Source: Gammaproteobacteria bacterium
GTDB taxonomy: Bacteria > Pseudomonadota > Gammaproteobacteria > JABABF01
DNA: 64,000 nucleotides
Direction of reading: 5' to 3'
Assembly (NCBI GenBank): GCA_965237805.1
Contig: OZ250153.1
Span: 1,280,001-1,344,000 of the forward strand
The position numbers and the translations under genes were made by a program. Shown here one piece after another: positions 42,615 to 51,631 of this stretch (positions are counted from its first letter, which is position 1; each line of letters opens with the position of its first letter). The notes beneath the pieces are model-generated. The model searched no databases, was not told the DNA's origin, and saw only the letters and a program-made list of their open reading frames with translations.

Positions 42615-43057
42615 TTGGAGTCGGACATCGGTGCCACGGTGAGGTGGTGGACGGTTTGGCCCGATGATGAAGCGGGCTTGTGGCGGTTCTTTGGGGGGCT
42701 GTGCGCCCTACAGTTAAGCGCTTGGACGCTGGCACCGGCGCTGAGCCACCGTGCGCCGCCCCTCGATGTGGTGGCAATGTATGTCTGGGGGCACGCGGGG
42801 GTGTTCGCAACTTGCAAGCATCCCAATGGCCCCGGACTGCTGCTCGCGGCGGCTCGGCAGCTGTTTGGCCCCGCCGCATGGCTGCCCTATGCGCTTTCAC
42901 AATTGGCGGTCGTGGCCACTTTTTGCTGCGCCTTCCTGCTCGGGGCGCGAGTTGCTCGGCACAGCGCGTGGCTTGGCCGGCACCCTGCTCTTGACCGGTC
43001 TGCTCTACAGCTCGTGGGCGACACCGGAATTCAATCACAATGTGCTACAGATGCCGC
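42615..43057 (+). pseudogene. Fragment of a GT39/ArnT-like membrane glycosyltransferase
   Basis: PPLDVVAMYVWG...KHPN.P in one frame and LLYSSWATPEFNHNVLQMP in another (frameshift near 42945); similarity ends abruptly near 43057. Confidence 0.6.
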
Positions 43058-43288
43058 GCAGTCTGCACCGTCGGCGTCCCAGGCTGCGAGCAGCTGCGAG
43101 ATCAACAGCTTTAAAGGCATTCTCTGCATCTGTGAAAGCTTGATTGACCTTGATCAGCTCGGCTTTGGAAGGGTAGTGCACGGCTGTTTTCATTCTCCAT
43201 ATCAGCTATGACTGTTGAATCAGCAGTCAGTCGCAGGCGGGTTGGACAACGCTGTTTGGTGCTCTAGGTGGCTCGGGGGAGCACTGCG

Positions 43289-43567
43289 TTAGATGCTGCG
43301 CTCGCGCGCTTGGATTCGCTGCTCCATCTCATCGATTCTTTGATACCGTCGCTGCACATCTTGCGGGGTGGCGAACTTTCCCTGCGTCAAGGAAAAACTG
43401 CCGCTTGATGTTTTGGCCACGACAGCGGATAGCAATGCGCGATCCTGAGCGTAGGCTTGGTCGTTGATTGACTGCTCGCTTAGCTGGAGGCTGGATATTT
43501 TTCTGGATAGACTTGTCCCCAGCCACCGCATCAAGTTTTGTGAGGGTGTGATGAGTCGTTTCAACAT
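43289..43567 (-). CDS. Small hypothetical protein (92 aa)
   Basis: ATG preceded by AAGGGA; plausible helical protein with a coiled-coil C-terminus; no family recognised. Confidence 0.5.
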   Translation of the reverse strand: MLKRLITPSQNLMRWLGTSLSRKISSLQLSEQSINDQAYAQDRALLSAVVAKTSSGSFSLTQGKFATPQDVQRRYQRIDEMEQRIQARERSI

Positions 43568-43730
43568 AGCATGATCCCTTGTGTGGCTCTGGTTCTATGC
43601 TTGGTGCTTTTCCTGTATCAGCAGCAGCAGGAAAAGACCCCCGCCACCGCGATCCAGTAGCGGAAAGCTGTTTTTGTATCTTACTACATCACTCGCACAG
43701 CTGTTGATGCTATGTGCTCGATTGGCTGGT

Positions 43731-43766
43731 GCAGAAGCTACCGGAGCAATGTCCCCGGTAGCTCTG
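43731..43766 (-). terminator. Stem-loop downstream of the TonB-dependent receptor gene
   Basis: GCAGA(A)GCTACCGG...CCGGTAGCTCTGC inverted repeat ~40 bp after the stop; no clear U-tract. Confidence 0.45.
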
Positions 43767-43807
43767 CTGGACTCATTGCCCTGCCCTGAATAAGGGCTTG
43801 CTTCAGA

Positions 43808-46555
43808 TCAGAAGCGGTAAGCAGCTTCCATGCCCCAGCTGGCGAGATCGCCGAAGGTGGCCAAGTCGAATGTGCCGAAGGGGATGATGAAAGTTTTGTA
43901 GTGTTCGCTGGTGATATTTTTACCGAAGACGGCCAAGCGGAACTCACCCGGCAAGCCCCACTGATCCACCGGAATGTCCCGCAAGTCCATGCGCACATTG
44001 ACCAAGCCGCGCTCGGTAGCATCGTTGACCGCATTGTCGATATCGATTGCAGGGCTCAATGTCCACCTGGCTGCATAGTCGTAGTCCAAGCGGAAAGCGG
44101 CTGGGCCGAGCGGGGTGTCGAGCTCGTAGCCGATCCATGTGTACAGTGTGTGCCGTGGCGCGTAGGGCACCTCGCCGCCAGGCAACCGGGTGCCATTGGT
44201 CTGGCCACGTGCGCTACCAGCAGGCTCTTTGCTGAAATAGGCATCGACATAGCCGTAATTGACACCCAGGCTCAAGCCGTCGATGGGTGTCAGATAAGTA
44301 GCCTCGACTTCCCAGCCTTGGTTGATCTGCCCACCGGCATTGGAGATGATGCTGGTGGCACCGGCCAACGAGGGCGAGAAAGTAGAGAGCTGGCGGTCTG
44401 TGTAATCCGTGTAGTACCAAGCCATGTTCAGGCGCAGGGTCTGGTCCAGCCACTCACCTTTGATACCGACTTCATAGCTGTCGCTGTTCTCGGCTTTTAT
44501 AGGTGTTTGGAAAGTGCTGGCATTGGGAGCGCGGGCATTGAAGCCTCCCGACCGGTAACCAGTGGCGGCGCGGGCATAGAGGTTGTGGTTTTCAGTCAGC
44601 TGCCAGTTCAGCGCCACATCCCAAGTGAACTTGCTGAAGTCCGCAGAGGCCGGTATCGTCTGGATAGTTTCGCCTGGGGTGCTTTTGGTGCCGCTGTAGC
44701 GCAGGGTGGCAGCGCGGTCATCCTCGGTGTAGCGCAAACCGACTGTGACATCGAAGTTGTCTCTCAGGGCGTAGCTCAACTGAGTGTAAATGGCAGTCGC
44801 CTCGTTGTCAGTTGTGTACTCGAAAACATCCGAACCGCCCAGCACAGCTGTGCCATTCAAACAGGCCTGGGCGACGGTGACGCTATTTGCTGCTAGGCCA
44901 AAAAGCGGCGAAAGATCGACGGAGCCATCGCGGGCCCCATTGGGGTCGCCACATAGGGAGCCGCTACCCAAGCCTTGGAAAGTGATCGCAGCGGCTGTTG
45001 CTGCGGGAGTGCCAAAACTTTCCAATGTGGCCGCATCAAAGTGTGTGACCACCCCCCCTACGAAGGGCAGGGCAGACCCGGGATAGACATTGTATTGGGC
45101 ATTGCTTTCGCGCGCCTCTTCCTCGAAGTAATAGAAGCCGAAGACATAGTCCAAGCGCTCGTCAAACAGGCTGCCCAGTGCCTGCAATTCGTGCGTACTC
45201 TGCTCTTGCTTGCTGTCTCGGCTAGCGCGGAACAGTGACACCAACTGGCCAGTGTCCACTACGCCGTTGGTATTGCTGACACCAGCATTGCTTTGCAGAC
45301 CCAATACATCGAATAACTGTCCGGTGCCATCGTAGTAGAAAGAGCCGAAATCGGTGCCGGTGTTCGGCAGGGACGAATCCCATTCCCGTGTCGAGCCAAT
45401 GTACTTGAGAGTCGTGTTGTCACCGAGCTCCCAAGTGAGCGTGACGGCATGGCCCTCTTGCTCGGAGACTTCGGCGCCAGCATAGCGGTTGGCCAACAGA
45501 CCGGAACGCGCCGCCTGAGCGACTGTATCCGCTTGGCTCCAGATGGCGAAAGCGCTGTTTGGCAACAGGGCTCTAGTGCCTATGAGATCGGGTCTGATTG
45601 CGGCATAGAAAGCCGAAAAAGTGTTCAGGCCGGTCAACTGGGTGGTTTGCGGGATGCCGTCTTTTTTAGAGTTGTCGTAGCTGTAGTCGATGCTCAGCCC
45701 ATCGATGAAGCTGAGCTCACCGTGTAGGGCGAGTTTGACAGCGTTGGATTCAATGTCACCGACATTGCCGATGCGATCGCGCTCATCTCCGGGGGTGGCA
45801 GGATCATTCGCGAGTCCGGTGCGGAAAACGTTGTCGACGTGGCCGTCAGCCTCCCAATAGGCATAGGAGACACGCATCGCCACCTCGGCCAAGCCCAAGT
45901 TGAGGGTGCCAGTCTCGATGGTGCTCTGGCTACGCACTTGGCCTTCATCGTCGAATTGGACATCTTGGCCGAAAGCAAATTCGCCCTGCGGTTTTTGGGT
46001 GATGATGTTGATCGCGCCACCGACGGCGTTGCGTCCGTACAGTGTGCCCTGCGGGCCACGCAGGATCTCGATGCGCTCGGTGTCGGCGATGTCGAAGGCA
46101 GAACCGGTCATGCGCCCCAAGTAGACGCCGTCGATATAGAGCCCGACCACCGAGTCGACGGCCAAGGCCGTCTCGCCAGCGCTGACGCCGCGCACGCCGA
46201 AGGCGTAGTTGGAGTGGCTGGCTGTCTGCTTGCGCAAGGTGAAGTTCGGTGCTGCCTTGGTGGCATGGCCGATCTCAATGACACCGAGCGTTCTGAGGTC
46301 TTCGCTGCTCAGAGCGGTGACGGACAAGGGGGTGTCCTGCAACGATTCCTCGCGCTTCTGTGCGGTGACCACCACTTCTTCGAGGCGTTGCTGCCCTTCT
46401 TCTTGCGCCTGAACTGCAGTTGGCGCAGCCAATAAGGCCGTGGCAGCCAGCGGTGCGGCAATAAAAGCAGATAGGAGCCAAGCTGAGCGTGTACTGTGCG
46501 GGCGCACGGCATATGCACTGTTGGTCTTGGTGGCGGGATGGGCTGAGCGGATCAT
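43808..46555 (-). CDS. TonB-dependent receptor (copy 1)
   Basis: Signal peptide, LEEVVVTAQKREESLQD, plug motif ERIEILRGPQGTLYGRNAVGGAINII, GYRSGGFN and C-terminal YRF; AAGGAG RBS. Confidence 0.96.
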   Translation of the reverse strand: MIRSAHPATKTNSAYAVRPHSTRSAWLLSAFIAAPLAATALLAAPTAVQAQEEGQQRLEEVVVTAQKREESLQDTPLSVTALSSEDLRTLGVIEIGHATKAAPNFTLRKQTASHSNYAFGVRGVSAGETALAVDSVVGLYIDGVYLGRMTGSAFDIADTERIEILRGPQGTLYGRNAVGGAINIITQKPQGEFAFGQDVQFDDEGQVRSQSTIETGTLNLGLAEVAMRVSYAYWEADGHVDNVFRTGLANDPATPGDERDRIGNVGDIESNAVKLALHGELSFIDGLSIDYSYDNSKKDGIPQTTQLTGLNTFSAFYAAIRPDLIGTRALLPNSAFAIWSQADTVAQAARSGLLANRYAGAEVSEQEGHAVTLTWELGDNTTLKYIGSTREWDSSLPNTGTDFGSFYYDGTGQLFDVLGLQSNAGVSNTNGVVDTGQLVSLFRASRDSKQEQSTHELQALGSLFDERLDYVFGFYYFEEEARESNAQYNVYPGSALPFVGGVVTHFDAATLESFGTPAATAAAITFQGLGSGSLCGDPNGARDGSVDLSPLFGLAANSVTVAQACLNGTAVLGGSDVFEYTTDNEATAIYTQLSYALRDNFDVTVGLRYTEDDRAATLRYSGTKSTPGETIQTIPASADFSKFTWDVALNWQLTENHNLYARAATGYRSGGFNARAPNASTFQTPIKAENSDSYEVGIKGEWLDQTLRLNMAWYYTDYTDRQLSTFSPSLAGATSIISNAGGQINQGWEVEATYLTPIDGLSLGVNYGYVDAYFSKEPAGSARGQTNGTRLPGGEVPYAPRHTLYTWIGYELDTPLGPAAFRLDYDYAARWTLSPAIDIDNAVNDATERGLVNVRMDLRDIPVDQWGLPGEFRLAVFGKNITSEHYKTFIIPFGTFDLATFGDLASWGMEAAYRF

Positions 46556-46802
46556 TGAAATCTCCTTGTTATGAGAGGCTGTGCTAGGCGTTTTTGGGCG
46601 CTGTGTGCAGACCCTTGCTTTGCTTGCTACTTGTTGCTTGCTCGTGTCTGCGGTATCGGGGCGACTATGGTGTCGACCGCCTAAACCGCTCTGTATTGAG
46701 GTGCAGACTACATACAGTATATGCCATTCTACCTAAGATCATCGTGCTGTGCAAGTGTGCCAGCTGTCTCAGCATCGGGCTCAGGACTTGGGCCGCCATG
46801 AG

Positions 46803-46866
46803 CTAGGTGAAGGCGACATGTGCCTCACCCACACCCTCGAGTTCCAGCCGCAGCTGGTCCCCGGCC
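46803..46866 (-). pseudogene. Duplicated 3' remnant of the hydratase gene (…GDQLRLELEGVGEAHVAFT*)
   Basis: 46820-46866 is identical to 49909-49955 and is followed by an alternative in-frame C-terminus and stop codon. Confidence 0.85.
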
Positions 46867-46911
46867 GGGTAAGGCCCGGCGGGTTTGAGGGAAGCACCCC
46901 ATCCAGCTTGA

Positions 46912-49677
46912 TCAGAAGCGGTAAGCGGCTTCCATGCCCCAGCTGGCAAGGTCGCCGAAAGTGATCAGGTTGAATATGCCGAAGGGGATGATGAAAGTCT
47001 TGTATTCTTCGCCAGTGATATTCTTGCCGAAGAAGGCCATGCGGAATTCACCCGGCAAGCCCAGCTGATCCGTCGGGATATCAGCGAAGGAGATGCGCAT
47101 ATTGATCAAGCCCCTTTCGGTGCCAGCATTGACAGGATGATCAATATCAAACGCCGGACTGAGCGTCCACTTGCCCGCATAGTCATAGTCCATGCGGAAG
47201 CTGACCGAGCCGATGGGCGTGTCGGGCCATTCGTAGCTGAACCAGGCGAATAGCGTATGTCTCGGCGCGTAGGGCACTTCGCCGCCCGGTAGGGGGGGGG
47301 CATTGCCCCCTGAAAGACGCGTCGCATCAGCCGGCTCTTTGCTGAAATTGGCATCCACATAGCCATAGTTTGTACCCACTGTCAAGCCATCGATGGGAGT
47401 CAGGAAGGTGGCTTCGAGTTCCCAACCCTGGTTAATCTGCTCACCCGCATTGGAGATGATGCTGGTCGCACCAGCCAGCGAGGGCGAGAAAGTGGACAGC
47501 TGGCGATCTTTATAGATCGTGTAGTACCAGGTCATATTCATGCGCAGGGTGTTTTCCAACCATTCACCTTTGAGACCGATTTCATAGCTGGTGCTGTTTT
47601 CAGATGCGAATGGCCGCATATAAGCAGCTTCGGTGGGTGCGCGGATATTGAAGCCCCCGGTCCGATAACCTGTAGCGGCGCGGCCGTAGAGGTTGTGGTT
47701 CTCGGTCAGCTGCCAGCTCAATGCCACATCCCAGGTGAGTTTATCGAAAGCGACCGAGGCGGGCACTGTGCTGAGAGGCTCATCGGGAGAGTTTTTCACA
47801 CCGCTGTAACGCCAGGTGGCAGCGCGATCGTCCTCGGTATAGCGCAGGCCGACCGCCAGATCCATATCATCCCGCAGAGCGTAATTCAGATGGGTGTAGA
47901 ACGCCAATGCCTCGTTGTCGGTCGTGTATGCGAGCACATTTGTGCCGCCAAACACAGCTGTGCCATTCAAACAGGCTTTGGCAACGGTGAGGGTGTTTGG
48001 ATCCAGGCCATAAACTGCTGAAAGATCTGCGATGCCTTGGCTTGCCCCATCGGGGTCACCGCATAGGGAGCCACTACCCAGACCTTGGAACGTGATAGCG
48101 TTAGCAGTTGCTGCTGGGGTGCCTAATGATATCAATGTAGATGCATCGAAGGCTGTAGGCACGCCACCTACTAAGGGCAGGGCAGGCCCAGGCACGACGG
48201 TGTATTGGGGGGAGTGGGTTTCAGCCGCCTCTTCCTCGAAGAAATAGAGGCCGAGGACATAGTCCAGACGATCGTCAAACAAGTGGCCCAGCGCCTGTAA
48301 TTCGTGCGTGCTCTGCTCTTGCTTGCTGTCTCGGCTAGCGCGGAACAGCGATACCAGCTGACCGGTGTCTACCACGCCGTTGGCGTTCTTACTGATATCG
48401 TCTTGCAGACCCAACACATCCAACAATTGCCCAGTGCCATCGTAGTAGAAAGAGCTAAAGTCGACGCCGGTGTTCACCACCGGCGATGACCATTCCCGCG
48501 TTGAGCCGATGTACTTGAGAGTGGTGTTGTCGCCGATCTCCCAAGTGAGTGTGACGGCGTGTCCCTCCTGCTTGGAGGCTTCGGGGCCAGCAAAGCGGTT
48601 GTTCAAAACACTGGCACGCGTCGCCTGATCAAATACATCCGCCTGCGCCCAGAGGGCGAAAGCGCTGTTTGGCAGGCCAGCATATCCTTGGGCGACCAAG
48701 TCTCCCGGGGTACCGTCACCATCCTCATCAATTGCGGCATAGACAGCCGAAAACGTGTTCAGGTCATTCATCTGAGTAGTTTGCGGGTTACCATCTTTTT
48801 TGGAGTAGTCGTAGCTGTAGTCAATGCTCAGCCCATCGAGAAAGCCGAGGTCGCCGTGCAGGCTGAATTTGATGGCGTTGGATTCGATGAAGCCGACATT
48901 GCCGAGACGATCGCGCTCATCCCCGGGTGTGGCAGGATCATCTGCGAGCCCAGTGCGGAAAATGTTGTCGACGTGGCCGTCAGCCTCCCAATAGGCATAG
49001 GAGACACGCATCGCCACCTCGGCCAAGCCCAAGTTGAGGGTGCCAGTCTCGATGGTGCTCTGGCTGCGCACTTGGCCTTTATTGTCGAATTGGATATCTT
49101 GGCCGAAAGCAAATTCACCCTGCGGCTTTTTGGTGATGATATTGATCGCGCCACCGACGGCGTTGCGCCCGTATAGTGTGCCCTGCGGGCCACGCAGGAT
49201 CTCGATGCGCTCGGTGTCGGCGATGTCGAAGGCAGAACCGGTCATGCGCCCCAAGTAGACGCCGTCGATATACAGGCCGACTACGGAGTCCACGGCCAGC
49301 GAGGTCTCACCGGCACTGACACCGCGCACAGCATAGGCGTAGTTGGAGTGGCTGACGGTCTGTCTGCGCAAGGTGAAGTTCGGTGCTGCCTTGGTGGCCT
49401 GGCCGATCTCAATGACACCGAGCGTTTTGAGGTCTTCGCTGCTCAGAGAGGTAACCGCTAGGGGGGCATCCTGCAAGGATTCTTCTCGCTTCTGCGCGGT
49501 GACCACCACTTCTTCGAGGCGGCGCTCCTGCGCCTGGGCATCAAGCGGCGCGGCCAGAAAAGCCACTGCGGCAACTGGAGCCGCCACAAAAGACGACAAG
49601 AGCCAGGCGAGGCTATTGCGACTGCGGCACACGGCCGAGGTGCTTGGATCAGTAGTGGTGCAGGTTGCGCGAATCAT
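46912..49677 (-). CDS. TonB-dependent receptor (copy 2)
   Basis: Same architecture as copy 1 and collinear with it; ATG at 49677 after GGAG; C-terminal YRF. Confidence 0.96.
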   Translation of the reverse strand: MIRATCTTTDPSTSAVCRSRNSLAWLLSSFVAAPVAAVAFLAAPLDAQAQERRLEEVVVTAQKREESLQDAPLAVTSLSSEDLKTLGVIEIGQATKAAPNFTLRRQTVSHSNYAYAVRGVSAGETSLAVDSVVGLYIDGVYLGRMTGSAFDIADTERIEILRGPQGTLYGRNAVGGAINIITKKPQGEFAFGQDIQFDNKGQVRSQSTIETGTLNLGLAEVAMRVSYAYWEADGHVDNIFRTGLADDPATPGDERDRLGNVGFIESNAIKFSLHGDLGFLDGLSIDYSYDYSKKDGNPQTTQMNDLNTFSAVYAAIDEDGDGTPGDLVAQGYAGLPNSAFALWAQADVFDQATRASVLNNRFAGPEASKQEGHAVTLTWEIGDNTTLKYIGSTREWSSPVVNTGVDFSSFYYDGTGQLLDVLGLQDDISKNANGVVDTGQLVSLFRASRDSKQEQSTHELQALGHLFDDRLDYVLGLYFFEEEAAETHSPQYTVVPGPALPLVGGVPTAFDASTLISLGTPAATANAITFQGLGSGSLCGDPDGASQGIADLSAVYGLDPNTLTVAKACLNGTAVFGGTNVLAYTTDNEALAFYTHLNYALRDDMDLAVGLRYTEDDRAATWRYSGVKNSPDEPLSTVPASVAFDKLTWDVALSWQLTENHNLYGRAATGYRTGGFNIRAPTEAAYMRPFASENSTSYEIGLKGEWLENTLRMNMTWYYTIYKDRQLSTFSPSLAGATSIISNAGEQINQGWELEATFLTPIDGLTVGTNYGYVDANFSKEPADATRLSGGNAPPLPGGEVPYAPRHTLFAWFSYEWPDTPIGSVSFRMDYDYAGKWTLSPAFDIDHPVNAGTERGLINMRISFADIPTDQLGLPGEFRMAFFGKNITGEEYKTFIIPFGIFNLITFGDLASWGMEAAYRF

Positions 49678-49891
49678 TGGCAGTCTCCCTGATGAAGGCG
49701 TGTTGTGTGGCGATGCTTGCAAGATGAGTTCACCACTGTGTTTGGTTTGCTTGGAGTGCCTATCCCGCGCTTCCCGGTACAGACAACATGTGAGTACAAG
49801 GTCACTTAACTCTATACTAATTCAATTGTGAGCAGGCATCAGTATAGCCCCCTGCCCCATCGCCACCACAGCGCCGTCGGGCCACAGGCGC

Positions 49892-50680
49892 TCAGCTGAA
49901 CGACACCCGTGCCTCACCCACACCCTCGAGTTCCAGCCGCAGCTGGTCCCCGGCCACGACGGGCTCCAGCGGCACCAGCGAACCGGACAGGATGATCTCG
50001 CCGGCGAGCAAGGGGATGTCGTAGTGCCCCAAGGTGTTGGCCAGCCACGCCACCGCCGTCAGCGGGTCGCCCTGCACCGCCGAGCCCAGACCCTCGCTGA
50101 GGAAGGTATCGTTCTTGTAGACCCGCACCTGCAGCGCTGGCAGATTCAGGCTCTGTGGCGGCAGCTGTGCTGCACCCAGCACATAGACCCCGCAGGAGGC
50201 GTTGTCGGCGATGGTGTCTTGGATGCGGATGTCCCAGTCGCGGATGCGGGAATCGACGATCTCAAAGCAGGGGCAGATGTACTCGGTCGCTGCCAGCACA
50301 TCGGCCTCGTCGATGCCGGGACCCCTGAGGTCGCGCGCCAAGCGGAAAGCGATCTCGGCCTCGGCACGGGGCTGGATCAGCTGCCCTGCAATGGTGATTT
50401 CGGCCCTGTCCGGGTATTCCATGGCATCGGTCAAGAAGCCAAAGTCTGGCTGGAAGACGCCGAGCATTTCCTGTACGGCGTGGCTGGTGACGCCGATCTT
50501 CTTGCCGACGACGCGCTCGCCGTCGGCCTCAATGCGGCGGGCCACCATGCGCTGAGAGATGTGATAGGCATCATCGATCTCGATGTCTGGTTCGCGCTCT
50601 GTCAGCGGTGTCAGCGTGTGGCCGCCGCGCAGTGCGCGGTACAGCTCGTCGCCCAGCTCGTGGCAGCGCGCCGCGTCCAT
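49892..50680 (-). CDS. 2-hydroxy-dienoate hydratase (TesE/HsaE/MhpD family)
   Basis: VGKKIGVTS.AVQ.ML.V.QPDFG.L, QPRAEAEIAF, FEIVDSRI, DTIADNASCG, AWLANTL and ILSGSL. Confidence 0.93.
   Translation of the reverse strand: MDAARCHELGDELYRALRGGHTLTPLTEREPDIEIDDAYHISQRMVARRIEADGERVVGKKIGVTSHAVQEMLGVFQPDFGFLTDAMEYPDRAEITIAGQLIQPRAEAEIAFRLARDLRGPGIDEADVLAATEYICPCFEIVDSRIRDWDIRIQDTIADNASCGVYVLGAAQLPPQSLNLPALQVRVYKNDTFLSEGLGSAVQGDPLTAVAWLANTLGHYDIPLLAGEIILSGSLVPLEPVVAGDQLRLELEGVGEARVSFS
49909..49955. repeat. 47-bp direct repeat (second copy at 46820-46866)
   Basis: GTGCCTCACCCACACCCTCGAGTTCCAGCCGCAGCTGGTCCCCGGCC at both sites, 3089 bp apart. Confidence 0.92.
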
Positions 50681-50686
50681 ATCGCG

Positions 50687-51541
50687 CTAGCTCTGCCGAC
50701 TCAGACCGAGGAAATCCAAGCAGCTTTGGTTGAACAGCTCGCGGTGCTCGACCATGACCCAGTGGCCGCAGGCGGATTGCAGGATGACGCGGCAGTCGGG
50801 ACAGCCCTGCGCCAAGTGCAGCGCTCCGCTGAGTGGCATAAAGCTTTCATCGGCACCCCAGAACACCAGCACCGGGCAGCGGATCTCGCCCAGCCGCTCG
50901 GTCATATTTGGCACTGCCATCGTGGTGATCACCGTCGGCGTTTGCTCTCGGTGTACCGCCAAGCGCTGGCGCGTCAGCTCGGGGGTGATGTGCGCGGGGT
51001 CGTAGACAAGGTGTTTGAGCATCGCCGCGAGATTGTCTTCATCCGGTGTGACGCCGCTGACAAAGAACTCGCGCATCGCCGCCATGCCCGGCATCGCGAA
51101 ATAGGACTGCTGCTCCTCGACACCGCCGGGTGCCATCAGGATCAGCCGCTCGATGCGCTCGGGGTGGCGCAGTGCCATGTCCAGCGCGATGGCCCCACCC
51201 AGCGAGTTGCCGATTGGGGTGAAGCGGTCAACACCGAGCTGATCCAGCGCCGCCATCAGGGCATCGGTAAAGAAGTCCAGCGTGTAGCGCACATTGTCCG
51301 GCTTGCTCGACAGGCCGTAGCCGATGTGATCAGGCACCAGTGTGCGGCAGCCAGCGGCGGCGAAGACTGGATAGTTGAACTGGAAATTGCTATGGCCGCT
51401 GGCACCGGGGCCAGAGCCGTGCAGGAAGACCACCGTCGGGTCACCGCCGTCCTCTTCGATGCAGTGGATACGGTAGCCGCCGTCGATGTCTAGGTAGCGA
51501 CCCGCCGGCAATAATTTGGTGGGATCTAAGGCTGTGGTCAT
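50687..51541 (-). CDS. Meta-cleavage product C-C hydrolase (TesD/HsaD/BphD family)
   Basis: FLHGSGPGASG.SNF, GYGLSSKP, nucleophile elbow GNSLGG and CGHWV..EH...FN. Confidence 0.9.
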   Translation of the reverse strand: MTTALDPTKLLPAGRYLDIDGGYRIHCIEEDGGDPTVVFLHGSGPGASGHSNFQFNYPVFAAAGCRTLVPDHIGYGLSSKPDNVRYTLDFFTDALMAALDQLGVDRFTPIGNSLGGAIALDMALRHPERIERLILMAPGGVEEQQSYFAMPGMAAMREFFVSGVTPDEDNLAAMLKHLVYDPAHITPELTRQRLAVHREQTPTVITTMAVPNMTERLGEIRCPVLVFWGADESFMPLSGALHLAQGCPDCRVILQSACGHWVMVEHRELFNQSCLDFLGLSRQS

Positions 51542-51631
51542 CGTGCGCTACTCCCGCGCCGCTCTGCTGGCAGAAGTGTAATGCAAGGGTGCGACAGCAG
51601 GCCGGAGCCGGGAGTCGTGCGGCAGCGCGCT

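Noticed and set aside
50024-51493. 489-aa plus-strand ORF
   Set aside because: Antisense shadow of the hydratase and hydrolase genes with no recognisable motifs.
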